Source: Camelus dromedarius
Taxonomy: Eukaryota
Assembly: GCF_036321535.1 (NCBI RefSeq)
Contig: NC_087464.1
Location: 17,112,001 to 17,176,000, forward strand
Length of the DNA stretch: 64,000 nt
Direction: 5' to 3'
Below are positions 1 to 13,179 of the stretch, one piece after another. How positions within the stretch are numbered: the first letter of the stretch is position 1; each line of letters opens with the position of its first letter. The translations under genes and the position numbers were made by a program. Under the pieces are notes generated by a model. It saw nothing but the letters and a program-made list of their open reading frames with translations. It did no database searches and was not told the DNA's origin.

Positions 1-504
1 TCTAGGCTCTGAATTGATAGAAGAAATTATAAAGAGAAAGATTAACACTTAACTGCATAAAATTTAAAACTTCTGTATAGTGAAAGAACAAATAAAATGG
101 AAAATCAGGAGAAAATGTTTGTAGCAATATGACAGGTTGACACCCATATTATAAGAGAGCTGGAAAAAATCAACATCATGACCCTAGAAGACCAACAAAC
201 ATCATTGACAATTTGCATAATAAAATTAAAATGGTAAACAAAAAAATGGGAAAATGTTTACTCTTTCCAGCAATGAAAGCAATGTAACTTTTGGAATAAG
301 CCTAAATAAATTATGGACATTATGTACCCATTGAAAATAGTAGTTAAGATGACAACACAGTAATCAAACAAATCTAAATTTGTGATTACAACTATCTAAA
401 AATTACATACTTGGATAGTTTTTCCTTTTTCTTAATCCATTCCTTTTTTTATTATAAATTCATGATTATTGTAAAAAGTATTTTATTTTATTTATTTTGT
501 AAAG

Positions 505-631
505 TTTTTTTTTTTCAGGGGGGGGAGGTAATTAGGTTTATTTATTTATTTTTAGAGGAGGTACTGGGGATTAAACCCAGGACCTCTTGCATGCTAAGCA
601 CGCACTCTAACACTTGAGCTATACCCTCTCC
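505..631 (-). mobile_element. Camelid tRNA-Ala-derived SINE (Vic-1 type)
   Basis: Reverse complement reads GGAGAGGGTATAGCTCAAGTGTTAGAGTGCGTGCTTAGCATGCAAGAGGTCCTGGGTTTAATCCCCAGTACCTCC, then an AT-rich tail, AAACCTAATTACCTCCCCCC and poly-A. Contains Pol III A/B-box-like motifs. Confidence 0.9.
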
Positions 632-1482
632 ATAAAAATCACTTTAAATATACAGAAAATATTAAGTAAAAAGGAAGAGTCTTCCCTCGACCCTCTAGAG
701 GTATCCTCTGTTTCTGGTGTTTCCTTTCAGACAACAGCTTAAGTCTGAAATGAAAAAAAACTAGAACTACCAATCTTCAGCACCTTGAAAGTGTCCAGAA
801 ACTTCCCCAGAAAAGTTTATGAACGTCTCATCATCTTCATATTAAACCTGCTTTTGCCGCAAGGACCAGGATAAAGAATACATTTATTGAGTGCCTACTG
901 TATTTCAGACAATGTAAGGCACTTAACCCTCACATCAACTCCCTAAAATGCACAGTATCGCCAATCTGCAAAGTACAAATTTAGTCTCACTCCCTAAAGT
1001 TAAACAACTTGCAAAACAAGAATCAGAACTCACACCTGCCAAAACTGAAAGTCCTCTCATTCTTTTCGCTTCACGTATCTCAACAGTCAAGATTTTCAGA
1101 AACCTTTTATTCAGATTTTTAAAAATTTATCTTACTTAATTACAAGTATTATGAGATTATAGTTGTACGACTTTTCTTAATAATCCTGATAGCTACTAAC
1201 TAGTTGACTGCCTAATATATACCAGATTACTCTCCACGTTTCCCAAATGTAAACTTTGCTAAGTGTTTCAGCTACACTGTAGGGTAGCTTTTCCTGGCCT
1301 CTGCTAGGAACTACTCCTCCCCTTTGTAACATTATTACAATGTGATAAGCTCTCTTAGTTTGAATCACTTTTCAGACGCAACCCACTTCTTACCATGGAG
1401 TCTGTCCAAGGCAGTTGAACTAACGTAAATTTCAGAAAAAAAAGAGATTTTCATCTGTCACCATTTTAAGACTTAAGAACAG

Positions 1483-1559
1483 CATGACTGGGACATTGTG
1501 CTGTACACCAGAAATTGACACATTGTAACTGACTGTACTTATATTAAAAAAAAAAAAAA
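1483..1559 (+). mobile_element. L1 3' tail fragment (artiodactyl/camelid type)
   Basis: TGTGCTGTACACCAGAAATTGACACATTGTAACTGACTGTAC followed by poly-A; same tail motif as at 12520-12545 and 59990-60058. Confidence 0.7.
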
Positions 1560-3619
1560 GAATAAATACCACCCCGTGCTTCTTGATAATCATAAATACA
1601 TGAATGCATGCAGCTTGCAGTCCCAAAGTACCATTAAGTAGCTACATATACTGTGGCCCCTTAATCACACTGGGTCTCGTGAAACGATTAAATTAGTTTT
1701 TTCATCTGTAAAAGGAGAGTTTGGGTCAAACTGAAAGAATCCTCCTCAGTCTTTAGGTGATATTCTTCCATCTGAGAATTCTAGAAGCTGGTGCGCAAGC
1801 TGTTCTTCCTACTCACCTCACCTATCCATTCTTATTTGGTAGCCTCTTAAATGTCTTTAACTACTCTTTTCATGATCACTGTGTGCCAACCTGGATATAT
1901 GCAGATGTTACTGGAATTCTGATCCCACTTAGAGGAGAGATCTCAAGAGCCTATCCTGAAAAATGTTCAGTGCTAAAAACAAGGACACAGGCACAAAAGA
2001 GAATTTGTTCTCAAGAACTGATTTCTTTCCAAGATATTTTTTCAATTCCCCTAAATTACAGAAGGTAAAGTGCCTCTGTTTAGTGCTAAGCGCTTGTTAA
2101 CATCACGTGGTTCCTGTCTCCAACCAGCCACAGCCCTCACTTTCCCTTCTACAAGGGGGAGGGTGTCCTGCCCCTGGAGCTGGGGTAGGGACACTAAGCA
2201 GGAGGAAGGTGGCCCTTGACAGGCTTCAAAGGGCATACCAGCAAGCATCTGAAAGAAGGAATCCTAAATTGTCAAACTCGAGGAGTGCTGGAATTAACTA
2301 ACCCTCCTCTGTGACCTCTAACCGAACTGAATTTTCTCCCATTTTCAGTTCTACTCATACATGCTCCTCTTCTGCTGACTGCCCTGTTCTGCTCTGCCTG
2401 ATATGTTCTCTTCTTGGGTCTTTTCACCTGAACCTTTTGATTTTCCTATTACTTCCTCCTGTACAAGACCTGAGCACCTACCACACCTCACATATTTAAA
2501 CCTCATCTCCTTCAGTGGAGTGAAAATGCTGCTCATCTCTACGAACAACTGCTCCTTAGGCAAAACAAATGTAAAGCCCAATCAGAACAGGCAAAAGGAT
2601 AAAAAAAATTAACCACATTTAAGCATAAATCTGTAATTTAAGATGTCTTTTATAAAGTCCTTGGTCTGCTCTGCAGCCCACAGCATAAAACCCTGAATCC
2701 TTAGATACTTCATTAGAACAATAACAATTTCCATATTGACGATACTCTCCAAACAACAGAGAAAAGCAAAATCTCTATACTTTTTATTTCCCAACCACTC
2801 CCAGTGCATACTTTTATGGAATCACTCCTAAATTTTCCCACTTAACCTTTTGGGGAAACACAAACTTACACCCACAACACACTGATTTCTCTACACATAC
2901 TCTTACTCCATGTCTGTGCACATTTATATGCTCTGTCTCTACACACTCTCCTCTCTTCCCACGAAAGAGCTGTTACAGGTACAGGAGAAAATAAGAGTAT
3001 CCTGGGATACACAATGGGGCCACTGTGCTATAAGGTGGAGCTTTTAGTGGGAGGAGTAGCAGCATTATAAATAGAACTGAAGAGGGAAACCTTTTCTCCC
3101 TTGGATCTCTCTGATCTTTCTCCCTGGCCTTGAAGCGGGTATAAATTCCAGACCTTGGGACTCCTCCAACTTGGAAGGGGTGGAGGTATGAGGGAAACAG
3201 GATGGGGTCAGTCCAAAAAGGCAAAATGGACTTGTGCTAGAGGGGAAAGTGGGACCTCAGGAGCACACAAGGTACAACCCAGCTCATGAGGGTAGGAGAC
3301 ACAACTGGGAGCTGAAGCCCCAGCTTATTAGGAAGAGCATGTGGTTTGTCTGTGGCGCACCTCAAACAATTTTTAGTGGAGGGAGCAGCCACGTTAGGTG
3401 GCCAGGAGGGATCCCAATCTTCTTTTCTCAGCATGACAATCCTGGGCTTTTTTTCATAATCCTCTCTAGTTGTAAAATCTAAATAGGTGCTTCCAAAGTT
3501 GATCTTCTAATCAAAAAAAATCTAAAAAACTTAAAAAAAATTTTTGCAACTGCCTCTTCTTCACTGAAATGATAGATATATAAAACTACAGTATCTATTA
3601 CCTAATCAAAGCTTTAAGC

Positions 3620-3665
3620 AAAAAAAACAAAAACAAAAACAAAACAAACAACAACAACAAAAAAA
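3620..3665. repeat. A-rich (AAAAC/AAC)n simple repeat
   Basis: Direct reading of the sequence. Confidence 0.9.
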
Positions 3666-4085
3666 CATTGCATCCAGATTGTATATGATTGCCTCCATAA
3701 AATAAACCAAGCACATTTCCTCGATGCCAGGTCAAAGCATAGAGTGTACCCGGACAATATGCCACTGTTATGCTCTCCCTTATAACCCAAAGCATAAAAA
3801 ATAAAGACTATCACAAATGTCTCAGTGCCTTAGTCACTTCCTAAGTATGCAAAAGCACCCAACTAAAAAACATCCCAGGGGATCATGGCCCACTGGATGG
3901 ATTTTAAAGGAAATGGGCTCCTTTCCTACTATGGGGGAAAAAACACCTGACAGAGTGCTCTACAGTAGATGGAAGTGAAGCGCCTTGCTAGTGCAGCACT
4001 TGAAGAAGGAAACGTGATGAAGTGCATCATCTTATCCAGGCTATCATAACCCAGCAGAAGATAGAGTTCTAGAAATGTTTAAAAT

Positions 4086-4267
4086 ATTGTTTCTCTACTG
4101 GGGGAGGGAGGACCATCAGAACCACTAAAAGCATTTAAAATATATAGCTATCTGGACCTTCCAGCCCAGATCTACTGAACCAGAATCTGTGTCATAAGAC
4201 CTAGATATGTATTTTTTAAAAAGTTCCCCAGGTGACTCTAATATACACACCTGGTTAAGAACCACTG
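4086..4267. mobile_element. MER5-family hAT-Charlie MITE
   Basis: CAGATCTACTGAACCAGAATCTG...AAAGTTCCCCAGGTGACTCTAAT...GGTTAAGAACCACTG terminus. Confidence 0.7.
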
Positions 4268-5820
4268 TATAAAATGATGAAAACTATTCTTCAGTTAAGA
4301 AAATGACAAGTAGACCATGAAAGCTCAGGCCTCAGTCTCCTCACTGAAATGAGGTGGCTGCACCAGGTTAGTAGTACAACTAGAATAGTGGTAGCAAGGG
4401 AGTGTTAGCCAAGATACCCTCTGTAAAAAAAAAAAGGGAATTTTACCATGGAAACCCAATAAAAGAAGAAACGCAATAGCCAGGGGAAGAAAGGCAAGGT
4501 GGGGCCCTTCTCTCTCATCCCCAGGTCACCTTAACAAAGACACCAAGACTTCACAGAGCACAAGATGGTCTCTCATACCAGCTGCAGCTTTCAAATTCTA
4601 TACCTTCCAAAACTAGATTTGGTCTACAATTTAAGTAGCAAAGGATTTAATTTTTTTTTTCATGGGGCCCTTACAAACTTTGTATGAGAAACGTCTTCTA
4701 GTAACATATTCACCTCCTGTGGTCTAATCTTCCATTTAGAAAAACAAGTGTTATTATCATCCTCTCCACCTAAATCATCACTAATCTCCCCACAATTCTC
4801 CCCCAGTCTAATGAAAGGGCTTAAAGCTCAGAAAAGAAGCCCAGATTCAAGAAGATGCACCAAACACATGTTAGTGGTGGCCCCAGGAATGGAAAGAAGG
4901 AGAATGGGACCAGGGAGGGACACAAAGGGGACTCCAACTGTGCCTTTTGAGAGAAAAGGGAAAAATCTGAAGAGCTAACATTTGCTAGTTCTGAAATACG
5001 TAGATGTTTGTTGTATCGTTCTCTGGACTTTTCTGTAGCATTTTAAAATTTTCAGAATTAAAAAGACAAAACAAGACAAAAACACTCTTGTTTATTAGCA
5101 CCATTTGAAACACCCTCGATTTTCATTAGACTTTAACCACAAAACCCTTTTTTTATCCCTTTTTATTACCCACCAATGCTCACTTATAGGATACATGATC
5201 TGTAATTACATCTGTCTACCCTGGGACCTTGCAAAGGAACACAGGCACCAGAACAAAAGAAAGGAACCACTGATAGCAAATCGACACTCTAAGAATAAGA
5301 CCACAAGGTCTTGGAATATCTGAAAAAGGAAAACAGCAGTTGTACATTCACTTCACAAAGAATGCAGAGGACGCTGGCTTTAGTAAACAGTCTTTGCACA
5401 TTGCCAAATGGATGGACCTACACCCAGAGCACTTCCAAGTGGAGAATGGACCCAATTTGTATAGAAATCAAAACTAATGAAGAACCAGTGAAATATTAAG
5501 GTCAAGAACTTCAAACCTTAAAAATGGTATTTCTCCCCCACAGCTGGGTGGTAGTGCCCCAAACATGCACCATAAGCATAAAACTGAACGACACAAATCT
5601 GGAAGTTTCTCAGTATACATATTTTGCCCACTGAAGTGTTTCATGATAAACTGCCATCAAGGCTACTTGCTCCCATGAAAAACACCCTATGTGGACTTAC
5701 TCCTTTAAACTACCAGCCTCCCACAGTCATACCTACAACATACTCAAAGAGATCTTTATCTCTGTCCACATCAGATCAGCTCCCTTCTCCCAATCTTCTC
5801 TCCAGTCAGCCCTTCTTTAC

Positions 5821-5920
5821 CTCTTTGCTTCTTCCAAATGACACAGGTACTCATAAGCCACATTCTGACGTCGCCTTTCATCCATCTCCTCCGCAGTAAG
5901 TCTCTCATTATCCAGGACAG
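5821..5920 (-). CDS. IQGAP1: IQGAP1 coding exon 2 (100 nt)
   Basis: Acceptor TTTTAG at 5921-5926 and donor GTAA at 5820-5817. Translates (S)VLDNERLTAEEMDERRRQNVAYEYLCHLEEAKR, matching the IQGAP1 N-terminus just before the CH domain. Phase is compatible with the 55-nt exon 1. Confidence 0.97.
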
Positions 5921-6083
5921 CTAAAACATGAAAGAAAGAATGTAAGTACAAGGATCTGTAACCTTCCTGAGTGATAAAATTCCTGCTAATCTCCTAGAGA
6001 ATCAGGGTAATGTGTGGCAGCCAGGTATACCACAATAACTTTCCTAAAACAGGAACCATGGGGCTTCAACTATATTCATCCTA

Positions 6084-6168
6084 GGGGGTGGTCAGAGGCA
6101 GAGTGTGTGCTTGGAATGTATGAGGTCCTGGGTTCAATCCCCAGTGCCTCCGTTAAGAGAAAAAAATA
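6084..6168 (+). mobile_element. Camelid tRNA-derived SINE with 16-bp TSD
   Basis: GAGGTCCTGGGTTCAATCCCCAGTGCCTCC core; TSD AACTAT(A/G)TTCATCCTA at 6068-6083 and 6169-6184. Confidence 0.88.
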
Positions 6169-6344
6169 AACTATGTTCATCCTACCCTTTGTTAAAAATA
6201 CAATTATATGAACATGTACTAAATTTCAGTGTGACTTGAAAACTACTGACGAGATTTTGGTCTAAATTTGTGCTAGTCTATCTGCCAGACTCTGTACATT
6301 CCGGAGTAATGTTTTTCCCTCTTTTATTACTAACTAAAGCCAGC

Positions 6345-6550
6345 AGTCATTGAGAACTAAGTGGCAGTAATCGTGCTATGCATTTTACATGCATTCGCTC
6401 TTTGAAGCCCCACAACAATCCTGTGATTATCACTCTCATTTCACAAATGAGGAAATTAAGGCTGATGATCTTAGTCTCACAGCCAATAAATGATGGGGCC
6501 TGGATTCAAACCCAGGCAGTACATCTCAAAAGCCTATGAGCTTAACTTCA
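6345..6550 (-). mobile_element. MIR
   Basis: CACAACAATCCTGTG...CATTTCACAAATGAGGAAATTAAGGCT...GGATTCAAACCCAGG core. Confidence 0.75.
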
Positions 6551-6639
6551 AAGTAATCCATTTCCTTTATGGGCACCCAGGATGTGGAATAAATTCCTAA
6601 CTCCTGGGGATGGCATTCAATGCCTTTCCCAATTTAGCC

Positions 6640-7050
6640 CCAACTACTTGTGGAAACTCTTCTCCCTCTCCCTAGCCTCCCTCCCAGCACTGGGCACTCT
6701 GCACCACTCAGTTTCCAACACACATAGTGCTCTCCTATTCTTCAATTCCTTAATCCAAGCTCTTACTATTCATGTCAAGTCCCTTACCCCTGTCAAACTA
6801 CACAGCATCCTGCAAGGCTCTCTGTTCAAATGCCCTACCTGTGTTCTTACTGCCTTCCCCAAGCCTCTCCTCCTCGCCCACATTACTGTTTATGCCTAGT
6901 TAGTTCATGGGCACCTTTATCTTTATTATCACTAGATTGTACACCTGCCTCTCTGATTAAACGTTCTTTGAAGGCAGGGCCTGGTCTTATCCATCTTTAA
7001 TGTCACAAATGTGACACAACACCTGACGTATAACTGTTGAGTGAAATTAA
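6640..7050 (+). mobile_element. L2 3' fragment
   Basis: Pyrimidine-rich L2 body ending CTTTGAAGGCAGGGCCTGGTCTT...TGTTGAGTGAA. Confidence 0.6.
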
Positions 7051-7760
7051 CTTAAAAACAGAACATTATTCGCAGAATATAAAATAAAATCTAAAACCTC
7101 AAGATCCCAAAAAACTTTTTTGGCCAGGGGTAACGATCTCGCCTGCAGTTCAGTAATGTCCCAGGGATAGTTACAAAATAAAAGATTCGGGAAAATGAGG
7201 AAGTCAAAGGTTTGGGTTTGGTTTTGCTTCTTTTTTTTCTCACTTTTGAAATCCTGACGAGGGAACTAAGCTCAGAAAGCTGAAGTGACCTGCCCAGGGC
7301 CGCACCTCTCAGCTAGCCTGGGGCCCGGGCAAATCTGGACCCTGGGTACACCTCGCAGGCGGCTCTAGGGCAGCACCTTCCCATGAAGCCGGAGCAGAGC
7401 CCGCGTCTCCGGTCTCCGGTCCCCGGGACACGCCCTGCACCGTCCTCCTGCCACCTCACCCTAGGCCACCTCCCCAATTTCGGTCAAGCCTCCCGGAGAC
7501 GGGAGGCGCTGGGTGGGGCCCTCCGACTGCAGCGCCCGGCATTAGGCGGAGAGGCCGCCTGGGTCCTCCCGGCTGCCTCAGGGACCGAAGGGGCGCGGGC
7601 CGGGGGCCTCGTCGCCCGCCACCTCGCCGGACCGGCTCTTCCGGGTCCTCGCGGCCCACAGCCGCCCTGCCCCACCCGCCCCGCGAGCCCCCGGGAAAAC
7701 GGCGCCTCGGAAGCAGCGAGCCTGGCCCCGAGACCCCCGCGCCGCGGAGCCCACACTCAC

Positions 7761-7815
7761 AGCCATAGTGTGGCCGAGCCACGCCCAGTCCGTCAACCTC
7801 GTCCGTGGCGGACAT
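7761..7815 (-). CDS. IQGAP1: IQGAP1 coding exon 1 (55 nt coding)
   Basis: GCCGCCATG Kozak context, MSATDEVDGLGVARPHYG, then donor T|GTGAGT at 7760. Confidence 0.97.
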
Positions 7816-7919
7816 GGCGGCCGAGCCCGGGTCTCTGCTCAGGAAGCGGCGAGACCTTGGAGGCGCGGGCGGTGGCGGCTGCAACTCCTGCAGAGTGCGC
7901 GGGCTGCCTTGGTCCCTGG

Positions 7920-7995
7920 GGCCCCGCCCCACGCCGCCGGCCCCACCCGCAGGCCCCGCCCCACGCCGCCGGCCCCACCCGCAGGCCCCGCCCCA
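7920..7995. repeat. Perfect 32-bp tandem repeat (2.4 copies) in the IQGAP1 promoter
   Basis: GGCCCCGCCCCACGCCGCCGGCCCCACCCGCA at 7920-7951 and 7952-7983, plus GGCCCCGCCCCA at 7984-7995. Confidence 0.95.
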
Positions 7996-8679
7996 GCGGC
8001 CCCGCCCTGCCGCGCCGACAGGAGCTGGCGAAAGGAGGCGGGGCCTGAGCCTCCCGACCACGCCCTGGCCCCGCCCTGTGCCCGCAACGCCCTCTGGAGG
8101 CGGAAGGAAGAAGGCGGAGCCTGCCCGCCAGCTTTACTCGCTGTCACCGCGGCTCGACGGAAAAGGCCCTCCCCTGCTCTGGAGCCTCGCCCTTCCCGGC
8201 CGCCGCCCCATCTACATCTCGGACAAAAAGGCCGACAGTGTCGATAGCTTAAAATAAAAAACGTGGGCACCTTTCCTTCCCCTGGCTGCCTAGCTAAACT
8301 CTTCTGCACCAAAGGACTCGAGAAAGGCCTCCTTTGAAGTGACCCAGTTGATCTTGTGGACACAAGCGGGACCCAAATTGCCGAAAGGGACCAAACAGTC
8401 TGGCAGTCTGGCATTCTGGCCTCAGTCCTCTCCCAGACTCGCCAGAAGTCGCCAGATTTGAACTGCTTAACCGCACCCCACCCTCTAGTATTTGAGAAGT
8501 GGATGCTAAAGCAGGAGAATTGTGTTTGTCCAAAATTCCTTCCCTTAGACTCCCTGCCAGTACTCTTTGCAAGTTCTTCTTTAGGGGACTCTACCCCTTT
8601 TAGGGATGCCTCTTCCCCCTGCAGCCTGTAGCCTACCCTTAAAACATTGGTATTCAACGAAATTCTGTTCCCAGTCCTC

Positions 8680-9250
8680 TTTCATTTTTTCTTTGCTCAC
8701 TCTTTCTGAATAACTTTCTCAACGTTCACCTTAAACTACTGAACAGCCCTAAATGTATATCCCAGAACAGACTTTCTAGAAGCCCCAACTCATTATTTTC
8801 AGCTATGTAATGGACAGTTTAACCTATGAATTCCACAGATACTTTAAACTTAATGTGTCCAACAATGACCCTGATCCTATTATATTTTCTATTAATGGAA
8901 GTGCTCAGTTCGCAGGTGGGACACACCACATTCCTTGCCTCATGCCCTACATGCAATCGGTATCATTTATGGTTTCTTGCTTTAGTCCCTGTCTTCACTG
9001 TGATTACACTGTTTGGATTGCCATCATCTCTATTCTCCCTTCTGTTAACTAACTACCTACAGTCACCTGCATATTTTTTCTAAAATGCAAGTGCGGTTGT
9101 GTTTCTCCCTTTTATAATTTTTTCCTAATACTCCCTTCAGGATGTGGCCCAATTTCCTTAGCATGCCCCTTCACAACCTGAGTCTAGGCTTTTTGCTCTA
9201 GCAATTTTCAGCTTATCCACTCCAACTTCAAAATATTAAAGTGAGATATT
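8680..9250 (+). mobile_element. L2 fragment
   Basis: CTAAATGTATATCCCAG...CTTAATGTGTCCAACAATGACC...CCTGCATATTTTTTCTAAAATGCAAGTGCGGTTGTGTTTCTCCC motifs. Confidence 0.6.
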
Positions 9251-9929
9251 TGAAAATCTATTTAAAAAAAACCACTCCCATTTAAAAATTCTCTTAAACA
9301 TTGCAAGTGTATAAAATGTAAAATATGCACATATTTCTTCTAAACCTCAACATATTAATCCCATAGTTTTTACCCTGTTAAGCCTTTCTGTGCTTAATTC
9401 TGAAGCTTCTCTGAGTTGAAAGACACAGAGCTGCTAAGAAAGACAGTTTCCAACCTAGTTAATTAAGATTACTTTTGATCAGAGGTTTCTACCAAACATA
9501 AGTCCTGGAGCTGCAGACTTTCAGAGCCATTCTCCTCACTGTGCCAACTGTCATTAGGGGTTCCTTTTTAAATTATGTCATATATTAATTACCTCATTAC
9601 CTCATCCCCTGACTACTCTTAGAAATCTGCAGTGTATCTTTTGGTTTTATTTTATATTTCTTGGCTTTTAAGATATGTATATATGTTTTTATTTTAATTC
9701 TAAAATAAATTGTACTGGATGAAGTTCGCATATATAAATGTATTTTCTCTCTAATCATAAAGGTTATGAACCTAATGGGCTCTTGCATTCTATCTTATTC
9801 CTAGGACCATACAATTCTAAAAAGTATTTAAGTTAATATCCCATTGAGTTTCAGATATCTCACATAGCTTTATCTGGTGGTCACAAATTAAGTTATTCTT
9901 CATAACTATAATAACTGAAATGTACTGAG

Positions 9930-10110
9930 GCTTTACTGGACTCAATATTTTGTATTTATTTTCTCATCTGAGCCTTATGATAATCCTACAAAGAACTATT
10001 ATTATCTCCAATTTACAGATGAAAGAATGGAGAACTAAGTAATTCACCTGAAGCCACAGAGCAAGAGGCAGAGCTGCAACTCAAACCTAGGTCCATCTAA
10101 TGACATAACC
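9930..10110 (-). mobile_element. MIR
   Basis: ATTATCTCCAATTTACAGATGAAAGAATGGAG...AACTCAAACCTAGGTCC. Confidence 0.7.
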
Positions 10111-10183
10111 CACATGCCTGGTCATTCAACACAAGATTTAGAGAAATGCACATTAAGGTCATAACTGGCATCAGAGTAGCAAT

Positions 10184-10213
10184 GTTTTGTTTTGTTTTGT
10201 TTTGTTTTGTTTT
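10184..10213. repeat. (GTTTT)6 microsatellite
   Basis: Direct reading of the sequence. Confidence 0.95.
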
Positions 10214-11864
10214 CTAATTGATACTATTGGCAGAAGGGTGGAAAAGCAACCATTCCCATGACTGGTTGGGTTGTAAATTGATACAATCTTTCTGAAGTCC
10301 AATTTTGCATTATGCAGCTATCCTTCAAGCAAGGAATTTCACTTCTTATAATATATCATAACAAAGTTTTTTTTAATGTGCAGAAATTAGTGATAAAGAT
10401 GCTCATTGGAAATGTCTTAAATGCTTGTCATTTGGTTTTTTTGTTTTGTTTTTTGTTGTTATTGTTGTTGTCGTTATTTTAATAGGTGATGGCACCACCA
10501 CATAATGGAATGCTATACAGCCATAACAGTGATGATTTGTGGTTCTGGTCAGGCTTGACTGGCTACAAGGAATTGAGACCCACTTTTTTTTCCCCCTAGA
10601 GGAAAAAAGACTGGAAGGGAGGCACTTACAATAAAGATATATATGGATTGGAACTGGAGCAAGAAAAAACAGGACTAACAGAAGCTTGAAGGCATGGCTC
10701 TGTCCCTCCAGGCATCTCTGCTCCTCCACAGGTCTGCTATACCCTCCTCTCTTTGACAATCCTCCGTTCCTCCATTCTAATTTTTTCTGCTCCCTCACAA
10801 CTCTGGCTTCTGTTTGATGCAAGGCCATTGCATCTTTACACCATCAGCTCCCTTGAGGATAATATCAGTTGCTCAATCCCATAATCCAGTGGCATCTGAT
10901 TGGCCCAGCTCATGTTTCACCCCATGAGTCAGTCTCTGACTGCCTACAGGTGGGCTGTCCTTGGATCAGATACCAATCTTTTAAATCAGTTAGCTGGGAT
11001 CAGGAGGTCAGCCAATTAAGAACAGAAAACTGTGAGCTGGCATTATTTCCTTCAACAGGAGGCTGGGTAGGCAAATAATGATCAGTATTTTTAATATGAT
11101 AGTTAAATGAAATAACATCATGAATGAATAAATATATTGTGATACTACTTTTGCTTTAAAAGTATAGGTAGATAGATATAGATGTACATATGAATAGAAA
11201 AAAGGCTTGAAGCATGTACATCAATATATTAACAGTGGTTTCTCCAAATGTGGAATTACAGTGGATTTGTGTAGGATTTATTTGCCTCTTCGTTTTTACC
11301 AAGTTTTCTACAATGAGCTACTCAAAATACTATCTTATCAGAACTATAAATATGAATAAAGTTAGTAAATATGAAATAAATAAATAAATAAATAATAAAA
11401 TGGGAAACTAATGAGCTAAAGTGTTATTTTGGAGATAGAATTGGTTCATAACCTCAAGGAATTTACAGACTCATGAGAGTGGAGAAATATTCACAAAATA
11501 GCTTCAGATAAGCACAATAATAGAGGTTTCTCTTGGCCTGGGATAACTTTTCGCCTCTTATCTGCCTGGGAAACTTCTACTTAACTCTCCAGATTCAACT
11601 TAAATGTCACCTCCTCCCTAAGCAAAATTAATTACTTCCTCATTTACTTCCCATAGCACTTATAAACCATATGTCTTCAAAGTAAGTCCCAAGTTTTTTT
11701 TCACATTTCAATACTTCTGAAATCAGGATAGCCTTACAATCAGTATTTAAAGACACTAGCCAGCTACCAGGTAGAGAATTAGATGGGAAAGTAACATAAC
11801 TGTCATTGCTTGCCAATGTGTGAATTTAACTAATTTCTCAGAAAAGGTCAGAAAACTTTCAGAG

Positions 11865-11932
11865 CTAGAATGCTTAGCATGCACGAGGTCCTGGGTTCAA
11901 TCCCCAGTACCTCCAAAAATAATAATAATAAT
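11865..11932 (+). mobile_element. 5'-truncated camelid SINE
   Basis: GCTTAGCATGCACGAGGTCCTGGGTTCAATCCCCAGTACCTCC plus (AAT)n tail. Confidence 0.85.
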
Positions 11933-11954
11933 AAATTCAGAGGGAAAAAAAGTA

Positions 11955-12303
11955 GAGTTTCTTTAGCTGGTAGCAGAAGAAGTCAAAGAGACTCAAAGCA
12001 CAGGAGGGATTCAGTGGGCCAATGTCAGTTTTAAAGATGGAGGGGGCCTCATGGAAAGGACCTAAGAGCAGCCTTGAGGAGCAGAGTGACCCCCAACTAA
12101 CAGCCAGCAAGGAAACAGGGACCTCAGATCTACAGATGTGAGAAAACTTGATTTTATTAACAACCTAAAGAAGCTTGGAAGCAGATTCTTCCCCAGATCC
12201 TCAAGATAAGAGCCTAGCTCAGTGGACATTTTTACTTTGGCCTGGTAAGACCTTAAGCAAAGAATCCAGTCAAGCTTGCTAAGACTTAATAGAAAACTAA
12301 TAC
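11955..12303 (+). mobile_element. MaLR LTR (MLT1D/E-like)
   Basis: ACAGCCAGCAAGGAAACAGGGACCTCAG...GCTTGGAAGCAGATTCTTCCCCAGA...AGAAAACTAATACA end. Confidence 0.75.
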
Positions 12304-12592
12304 ACATTCACAGACATAGAAAACAAACTTATGGTTACCAGGGGGTAAGGAGGGATAAATTGGGAGTTTGGGATTTGTAGATACTAACAACTATGTATAA
12401 ACATAAATGAATAAGGTCCTGCTGTATAGAACAGGGAACTATATTCAATAACTTGTAATGGCCTATAAGGAAAAAGAATATGTATATGTATAAATGAATC
12501 ACTATGCTGTACACCAGAAATTAACACAACATTGTAAATCAACTCTACTTCAATTTTAAATGAATAAATAAATCTGCCTGATTGAAAAAAAA
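12304..12592 (+). mobile_element. L1 3' end with TSD
   Basis: CACAGACATAGAAAACAAACTTATGGTTACCAGGGGG...GCTGTACACCAGAAATTAACACAACATTGTAAATCAAC plus A tail, flanked by AATAGAAAACTAATACA / AATAGAAACCAATACA. Confidence 0.85.
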
Positions 12593-13179
12593 AATAGAAA
12601 CCAATACATATGCCCTAGGACATTTGAGTGTGTGGGGAGGTGCATAAGGAGGTTCACAGGTAATGTCACCAAATGATGATAAGATTTTGCATTAAAAAAC
12701 ACTATGAGCTAGCTGGGGTCCCAGCTCCTTTCTGACAGGACTGTCTTCATATATTCAACGAGTCTTTTGAGCAGATGTAGCCAGTAATGAAGTAAGCACT
12801 CTATTTGATCTATGCAATCTTGGATCTTATTTCTCTGTCTTCCTGCAGACTAAACAAAGTAAACTAAAAGGCTAGATCTAGAACAAAAGAGACAACACAC
12901 AGCAAATTACAGGATACCATGAAGTGAGTCTGTTAAGAGCCAGTTTTCATCTTTAATAAACTTTAAGTGTTTAACTGTTTAACTCTCCTTTACCTCTTCA
13001 TTTGAAGAAAACCTATTTTGTCTTGCACTTCAGGTATTCATATGTTCTGGACCTTGTGTCTGAGCATAGCTCCTGCCAGGTATTCTAAATTTTGATACTT
13101 CTTCAACCTCATGGTTGTTCAGAAAGAAGACAAATTTTTAAACTATCTGTTCATAATTGCAGCCATTTACCAATTGTTT

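Larger units (their letters stand above)
7300..8260 (-). promoter_or_regulatory. IQGAP1: IQGAP1 CpG island / promoter and 5' UTR
   Basis: Very GC- and CpG-rich, with multiple GGGGCGGGG boxes; surrounds the start codon at 7815. Confidence 0.93.

Noticed and set aside
7383-8657. Long Pro/Arg/Gly-rich ORFs of 150-272 aa over the IQGAP1 CpG island
   Set aside because: Stop-poor GC-rich sequence. Only the 55-nt exon has Kozak context, a donor and a recognisable peptide; the repeated peptides come from the 32-bp repeat.
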